Origin: Zygophlyctis sp. KS116
Taxonomy: Eukaryota > Fungi > Chytridiomycota
Direction: 5' to 3'
NCBI GenBank assembly: GCA_054661495.1
Contig: BAAFSQ010000106.1
Location: forward strand, 1 to 30,360
Length of the DNA stretch: 30,360 nucleotides
Shown: positions 23,222 to 30,360 of the stretch, piece after piece
How positions within the stretch are numbered: the stretch's first letter is position 1
How the letters are laid out: each line of letters starts with the position of its first letter
The notes under the pieces: generated by a model
The model's database searches: none
What the model was told of the DNA's origin: nothing
The model's input: only the letters and a program-made list of their open reading frames with translations
Made by a program: the position numbers and the translations under genes

Positions 23222-25349
23222 ATGGCATCACTGAATGAGACCGTGAAAGCTGCTCCTTTAGACATGCAAAAGCAAAATAGCTCCGCAACTGCCCTTTATT
23301 TTGAAGAAAGCATAAATGACATTCCAGATATTTCTGGCGAAGAAGAAGAGGCTGCACAGTTTCATATTTGCCATTGTTGCTATAATTTACCAGAATTACT
23401 CCAGCTTATTTTGTATTCTTTCTTTGGATCAATGTTATTACTTTCGCCTTTAATTGTAATGGTCTGTCTAGAACCAAGGTCTGATTTTTTGGATCCAAAT
23501 CCAACAAACACTGGAGATTCAAAGTGGCTCAAGCCCTATGTTGCTCGTTGGTCGCTGTTTTTAACTCTATGTTGGATATCAGAACTCTTAATATGGCGAA
23601 TTATTGGTGCATTGCCAAGGATTATCACTTCTACAGTCTTCTTTTTTACTAAAAAGAGTAATGAAAAGCTTGATATGATTGCAGAGTCTATGGTGGCGCT
23701 TAGATTCTGGGCTACATGGCCGCTATGGATGATTGTGATTCAAGCTTTGTATACTTTATTTTTCCAAAATAACGTTCCTGCTGGCATTTTGCCGACTGAC
23801 TCATCAGTGACCATTCAATATACGCTTTTAGGAGCAATTATCACGACAGTAATGGTTTTTTCAATTATTGTCTTTATTCAAAAGTTTTATATGCATTTCA
23901 TCGCCGTCAATTTTCATCGGTCAGCATATTCAGGAAGAATCGAACGATCTAAAAAATCAGTAAGATACATTGACAGGCTAAGGAAATCTCTAAAAAGGTT
24001 CAATTTCAAGATGAGTCCTACATTGAAAAATCTCACGGGACCAAAAAAGGTTGAAGAAATGGATCAAGTACCGAGTAATACAAAACCCGGTTTGTCACCT
24101 GATTCAGCAGAGCTCAATATCGATATAGAACCAACAACAGAAAATGGCGAGAAAGTAGAGAAAAAGCCGAAATATTCTAGTTGGAAATCCTTTTTCCCTT
24201 CAGCATCCCCAAAAATGTCAATTTTACCCAACATTCAATTAGCTGGTGCTATGGAAGTTGCAAATGACCGTCAGGCGAAAAGGTTTGCCAAGCAATTATT
24301 TATGAACATGAAAAGATCAGATCGCGAGGAGCTTTTCCTAGAAGATTTTGAAAAGTAAGTATATTTTTAACATTTAATGCCAGGTATTTTGATCCACAAG
24401 TTGCCAAAGAAGTTTATCACATATTTGATTCAGATTTAAATGGGAGTGTCACTCTTTATGAATTGAAAAAAGGAATTGTGGAGATATATAGAGAGCGTCG
24501 GGCTATCTATCGTTCTTTGCAGGGATTTTCACGATCTTTTTCGAGGTTAGAGAATATTTTTTGGGCTATATCTGCTATAATTACTTGCCTTTTTGTATTG
24601 CCGACATGGGGCATTCCACTTACTGCAATTTTACCATTGACTAGTGTTTTCATCGCACTTGGTATTATAGTGGGAGGGGCTTTAAGAACAATGTTTGATT
24701 GCTTAATTTTCATTTTCGCTTATCACCCTTATGATGCAGGTATTTTAATTTATTTTAATATCATTTAAGGTGATAGGGTGATTATTGATGGTGAAAATAT
24801 GATTGTGGATAACTTTGAGCTCTTGACGACTACTTTTATAAAAGGAGATGGATCATATTTGATTTTTCCCAATGGTAAGCTCCTTACGCTAAAGCGATAA
24901 GCTATCCTTTCATCTAAAATGATCCAAAATATTCGAAGATCTGGAGACCAAAACGAGGGGATTGAGTTGATTGTTGGTAAGACTTTATGTTCTTAATTCT
25001 AGACTTTTATACTCCCACCGAAACTCTTCGAGAACTTCATGCTAGAATGGGGGAATATATTAAAAAGCAGACTAGAGATTTTTTCCCGACTGTTGATTTC
25101 ACAGTAACAGAAATAGACAATCTGAATTCACTCAAATGCAAGTTTAATATTAAACACAAGGGGAATTGGCAAGATATGGGTGCAAAAGGCCAAAGAAGGA
25201 GAGATTTCATGTTTGAACTCATAAAGAATTTAAAGGAGCTCGATATTTCTTATTCAAAACCAGCAAGAAAATCAGTGGTGCCGAGTGTTGTGAACCAAGG
25301 GGATAAAAGTCAAAAAGTCGGTGATACAGACGAGGCCGATGATCTATAG
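23222..25349 (+). CDS. MscS-like mechanosensitive channel with an EF-hand (Msy1/Msy2-type), about 671 aa
   Basis: Multiple TM helices, IAVNFHRSAYSGRI, EF-hand FDSDLNGSVTLYEL, FIFAYHPYDAGDRVIID, PNAILSSKMIQNIRRS and HKGNWQD motifs. Four introns of 26-30 nt. Confidence 0.9.
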
Positions 25350-25411
25350 ATTACTACATCCTAAAATTTTAATCGCTAGAATGATACAATTTAATTCTTT
25401 GATTTATTTAA

Positions 25412-26268
25412 TTACATAGTTGTGGAATTCAACATACATAATCCTGACCTATCCAAATATAGCTGTCTAGTCACCTTTGACAATACTACTTTACTTGGTC
25501 TTATATCTATTAATTCTATTTTCATATCTTGAATTTCCGAATCCCAATCAGGTGAAAGAGTAGTTTGTAAATCTGAAGAATTCTCACGTTCAGCCTGAAC
25601 GTAGTTATCCAAAATATCTGAAGAGGATATCAATGAGCTCCTTGAACCAAAAGCCGAATGTATATTTGAATATATAGATGACCTTTTGCTTACTGAATCA
25701 TTTCGAAATAGCAAAGAATAAATTGAAGATGCACGTTTGGGCAATTTACGATCTTTAACTTTAGACTCTAACGAGTTATTTTGTATATCAATAAATCCTT
25801 GAAAATTGGAATAAAGCCATTCCAAAACCATGAATACAGCCTGATCTAACCAATCTACTGGAACTTGTTTAGAAAAATAATCCGTCTTAATCTGATAAAG
25901 TAATTCTTGATCAATATCAATATTAACTGGAGCTTCAGCCCCAAAGTAGAAATCATAAATTCTAGTAACATGATGCAAAAGATGGCTTGGTATGAATGCA
26001 TCATCCACTATAATCATTCCTTCATTTTTCAAAAATCTTGTCACAGGAAATCCTATGCTTTCCCTCCTTTTCAGCATAAACTCGGGCATTTCCTTTGCCA
26101 ATAATTCCTGTAAAAATTCAAAAGTCTCATAAAACAGGATCCGATCGGTTTTAGTCTGATCATCCTGCGATTAATAATCCATCAAAATACCTTGCAGTAT
26201 ACCAAGTATTCTGAGAATAGCTTCTTTTCAGCAATAACTTGAATAAAATCAGATCTTGTTCCCTGCAT
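25412..26268 (-). CDS. RGS-like domain protein, about 276 aa
   Basis: ATG at 26268 and one 26-nt intron. LFSEYLVYCK...RILFYE and RIYDFYFGAEAPVNIDID...WLDQAVFMVLEWLYSNFQGF resemble the RGS helices. Confidence 0.65.
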
Positions 26269-26310
26269 TCCGAACCGAGAAAATTTTACTATAAAATTTT
26301 AGCGCTTGGC

Positions 26311-27503
26311 ATGTCGGTATCGGACTCGTTTCGAATGTCCATGTAATACTTTGAGTCAAATAATAATAATAATAGATATGATAGGCTTGATTCTGGATTT
26401 CAAGTTAATTGTATGCCAAGTATGTATCATATGGAGACATTATTCCCAAATCTTTTGCGTAAAAGTGAATTTTTCACAACAGATAGCGATGCAGACTTTT
26501 ATCTCATTCCGCATGACTCTACATGCTTTTATCATAACTGTGTTTTTGAACAGAAACGTGAACCTGCAATTTGTAAAAAGGAAACAGGCGATTACTTGGC
26601 AAACTTGTTAAATCAAGTAATTCATAATTATACAAACTGGAATTTGACTGGAGGTACAGATCATGTTTTGGTGTTTTCATGGGATCAAGCATCAGAAGTT
26701 TTAGGCTGGGATCATCCAGTAAGAGGAATTATTCAGAATGCAATTCATTTAACAACTCTAGGATCTGTTCAAGTTAATCAAAACTTTAATCCTCACAAAG
26801 ATATAGTTATACCGCCATTCTTAAACTCAACTAGAGTTTTTAGAATGTTTCCTGACCCAAAAACAAGAATTAATTTTAATCATATCCTGCTATCATATCT
26901 CAATCTTTTACCATTTAACTTTGGACCCATAAATCATAATACTTGGCCAGATAATAAAAGAAGGATTTGGGGCTATTTTCGTAAGATTATACTCCATGAT
27001 GCATAGGCGGGACAATTTTATCAGATATGCGTTATAGTTTTGGAGTCAGGCAATCATTATTACAACTAAAATCATCAAAAACTCTAGATAAATTCGTGAT
27101 TGAACAAGGACACTCATCGACATACTTGCAGGAATTGGGAGATTCTGTATTTTCATTATGTCCGAGTGGATGGAGTTCTTGGTCTCCACGGTTGTTTGAG
27201 AGTATTTTTACTGCATCTATTCCAGTGGTTTTTGCAGATGGAATTAGATTACCATTTGAAACTGATATTTCCTATAGAGACTTTATAGTTAAAATTAAAA
27301 ATGAAAATGTAGGCATGTTGGAAAATATCTTGATGTCTTTTAATGCCTATCAGATCAGACGGAAGCGTCAAAACATGCTAAGAATCAGACATCATCTTGC
27401 TTGGAATGATCCTCCAATACCACAAGACTCGTTTTATATGACGATGCAACAATTAAAAAGAAAAATCTCAGGAAATAAGCCAGTGGGACATGATGAATTC
27501 TAA
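26311..27503 (+). CDS. exostosin-family glycosyltransferase (GT47), about 377 aa
   Basis: FRMSIYD, ADFYLIPH, WNLTGGTDHVLVFSWD, FNPHKDIVIPP, YFRG...YSFGVRQ and FSLCPSGWSSWSPRLFESIFTASIPVVFADGIRLPF motifs. Introns at 26343-26375 and 26981-27006. Confidence 0.88.
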
Positions 27504-27526
27504 ATATATTCCTGCTTTTTACGAGT

Positions 27527-28105
27527 CTAATTCCGCTTGTTACCACAATTTCCACAAAACTTATCAGTTGATTGAGTAAATGATGTCCCACAATCCGTGC
27601 AATATGAAGCAGATGTGTTTTTAACAGGTTCATGGATTTTTGAAGGAAACTGTGTTTCAACTGCTGATTTTGTTTGATTTGAAATGCAAAGATCATTTAA
27701 TGTTTCCAAGCTATCAGTTGTTTCATCTTTATCAGGGCATTTGGCCAGTCGTTCCTGATTCTTTCTGGCAAAGAATCCGCCAGGACTACAACTCTTCAAG
27801 TGAATTTCAAGACGATCAATCGCAAACTTTCTACAACAATTCGGACATTCCTTTCTTGAATGCTCTTGATATATTCCAAAGGCTGCATCATTGTCATTCT
27901 TTACTGATCTTTGGTCAATTATCGGTGTAGGAGGCAGAGGAAGTCGCTTAGATTTTGGAAGATTAGATTGATCGTTATGCCATTTTTCTGTACATGCTTT
28001 CTGATGAATGGCTAGTGATTGGCTACCAAACTGTCTGCCACATATATGACAGATTTTTGTATAAGGATTTGGACCAGATTCCTTTGAATTAACACTGATT
28101 TGCAT
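27527..28105 (-). CDS. C2HC zinc-finger protein (ZC2HC1/ZNF474-like) with a C-terminal zinc ribbon
   Basis: CHICGRQFGSQSLAIHQKAC and CPNCCRKFAIDRLEIHLKSC (CxxC-x11-H-x3-C), plus CTDCG...KFCGNCG. Confidence 0.85.
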   Translation of the reverse strand: MQISVNSKESGPNPYTKICHICGRQFGSQSLAIHQKACTEKWHNDQSNLPKSKRLPLPPTPIIDQRSVKNDNDAAFGIYQEHSRKECPNCCRKFAIDRLEIHLKSCSPGGFFARKNQERLAKCPDKDETTDSLETLNDLCISNQTKSAVETQFPSKIHEPVKNTSASYCTDCGTSFTQSTDKFCGNCGNKRN

Positions 28106-28110
28106 TCTTG

Positions 28111-28176
28111 TTTGATCGTTACGTCATTTGTATCACATTTGCACAATAGAAAAGTCTACATTGAAAGTCATTATTA
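28111..28176. repeat. direct repeat copy 1 of a duplicated intergenic spacer
   Basis: tttgatcgttacgtca...acaatagaaaagtctacattgaaagtcattatta. The core 28143-28176 matches 29165-29198 at 32 of 34 nt. Confidence 0.88.
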
Positions 28177-28323
28177 GCCATGAGAATGTCTATGATACGC
28201 ATGCTCATCAAATAGTCACATTCCCACAAAATTAAATAAAAGACCGACCGATCCAATAGCTAAAATCATAACAAGTGGTGAGTTTGACGCCACCAGAATA
28301 TTTTAATGTCAAACTCAAACCAA

Positions 28324-29031
28324 ATGGATGTTCCTGCCCAAGTTTTAACAGAAGAAGAAAAAGAGTCAATTATTAGTGCTGCCAAAGACCAATGCAAGGA
28401 GTCTATCAGAAGCCGAAAAGTGGAAGCTGTGTTGCTTCATGGAAAGGTTTAAGGTCCATTCTTCTCTGGATGGACCAGCGGAAGAGATGGGCATTGGGGG
28501 ATCGTTGTTGATGGATACTTGCATCATCTAGTTTTTGTAGTGGATGAAGACAGAAATCCAATGGGAATAATGTATGAAGGTCAAACATTTCATAGAGATT
28601 GGATTGATGAAGGCAAAGTCACTGCGAAAGAAGAAATCGGCTCTACTTCTCTTCCACTGGGGGCTATAAAAGCGGTTGCAGAAATTCTTATTTTACAATT
28701 TGGCAATTACCGACGATTGTACAGAAACTCCCAGACTTTTGCTGATATTTTTGTTCAGATTGTTTCTGATGTTGAACGTAAAGCTTTCTCTTCGCCTTCT
28801 ATTCTGGATGTCATTGCGAGTTCTCTCTTGGCTTTCCCCTTAACTACAATAGGTGGATCCTTAATGCACACTAAGCAAGAAAACTTTGTCAAGAGAGTCA
28901 TCAAGAAAACCAAAAATGAAATTTCATGGGAAGACACTGTTGATGCTGAAATCAATGATGAAATCAATAAGATTGGGCTGAGCATTGTTAGCTCAAAATC
29001 TGGTTGCTTTATTCTGCAATCTCATAATTAA
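28324..29031 (+). pseudogene. PPPDE/permuted NlpC-P60-like peptidase gene with an internal stop
   Basis: A single 236-codon frame from ATG 28324 is broken only by TAA at 28450-28452. It has HWGIVVDGYLHHL (catalytic His-type motif) and YRRLYRNSQTFA, where the family has NC (Cys appears as Ser, TCC at 28729-28731). Confidence 0.62.
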
Positions 29032-29141
29032 ATCAACACGGATTGTTACCATTCTTTCATGATATGTAAAAGCTTCCCGAAACTGCTTCTTTCAATCCGC
29101 AACCTTGTTCTTTCCATATCGATAGGTTTTTTGAATCAAAC

Positions 29142-29195
29142 TTTGATTCGTTACGTCACTTTTTACAATAGAAAAGTCTGCATTGAAAGTCTTTA

Positions 29196-29198
<3 letters not shown>
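29142..29198. repeat. direct repeat copy 2 of the duplicated spacer; includes the MetAP2 stop codon
   Basis: tttgattcgttacgtcactttttacaatagaaaagtctgcattgaaagtctttatta. Confidence 0.88.

Positions 29199-30360
<1,162 letters not shown>

Overview
AT-rich, very gene-dense eukaryotic nuclear DNA, not prokaryotic. I infer it is from a zoosporic or early-diverging fungus (chytrid-like), based on fungal-type MSH1, an EF-hand MscS (Msy-type), VID24/GID4, a Kar3-type kinesin-14 and a ZC2HC1-like zinc finger. The ORF track is fragmented because genes are split by about 54 tiny canonical GT-AG introns of 23-33 nt (mode about 25). Removing them by hand restores in-frame genes. In order these are: a partial Tse2-like ORF, an orphan ORF, mitochondrial EF-Tu, tRNA-Arg(CCT), ALKBH1, a compact SMG1-type PIKK, MSH1, a GH85 ENGase, an F-box protein, a USP-domain protein, a small membrane protein, an alpha/beta hydrolase, GID4, a small bZIP, kinesin-14, a Pro-rich GPI-anchored repeat protein, MscS, an RGS-like protein, a GT47 glycosyltransferase, a C2HC zinc-finger protein, a broken PPPDE-like peptidase gene and MetAP2 (partial). 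The most notable observations are: (1) an operon-like co-oriented run with an F-box/ENGase junction that gives either a TAATG stop-start overlap or an in-frame fusion, depending on which of two tandem splice acceptors is used; (2) a 56-nt antisense coding overlap between MSH1 and the SMG1 FATC domain; (3) SMG1 retained alongside ultrashort, mostly stop-containing 3n introns; (4) a pseudogenised peptidase bracketed by a duplicated intergenic spacer; (5) a resilin-like YG(P/A) repeat surface protein; (6) a sharp CpG desert. All gene models and counts are manual, and no database searches were run.
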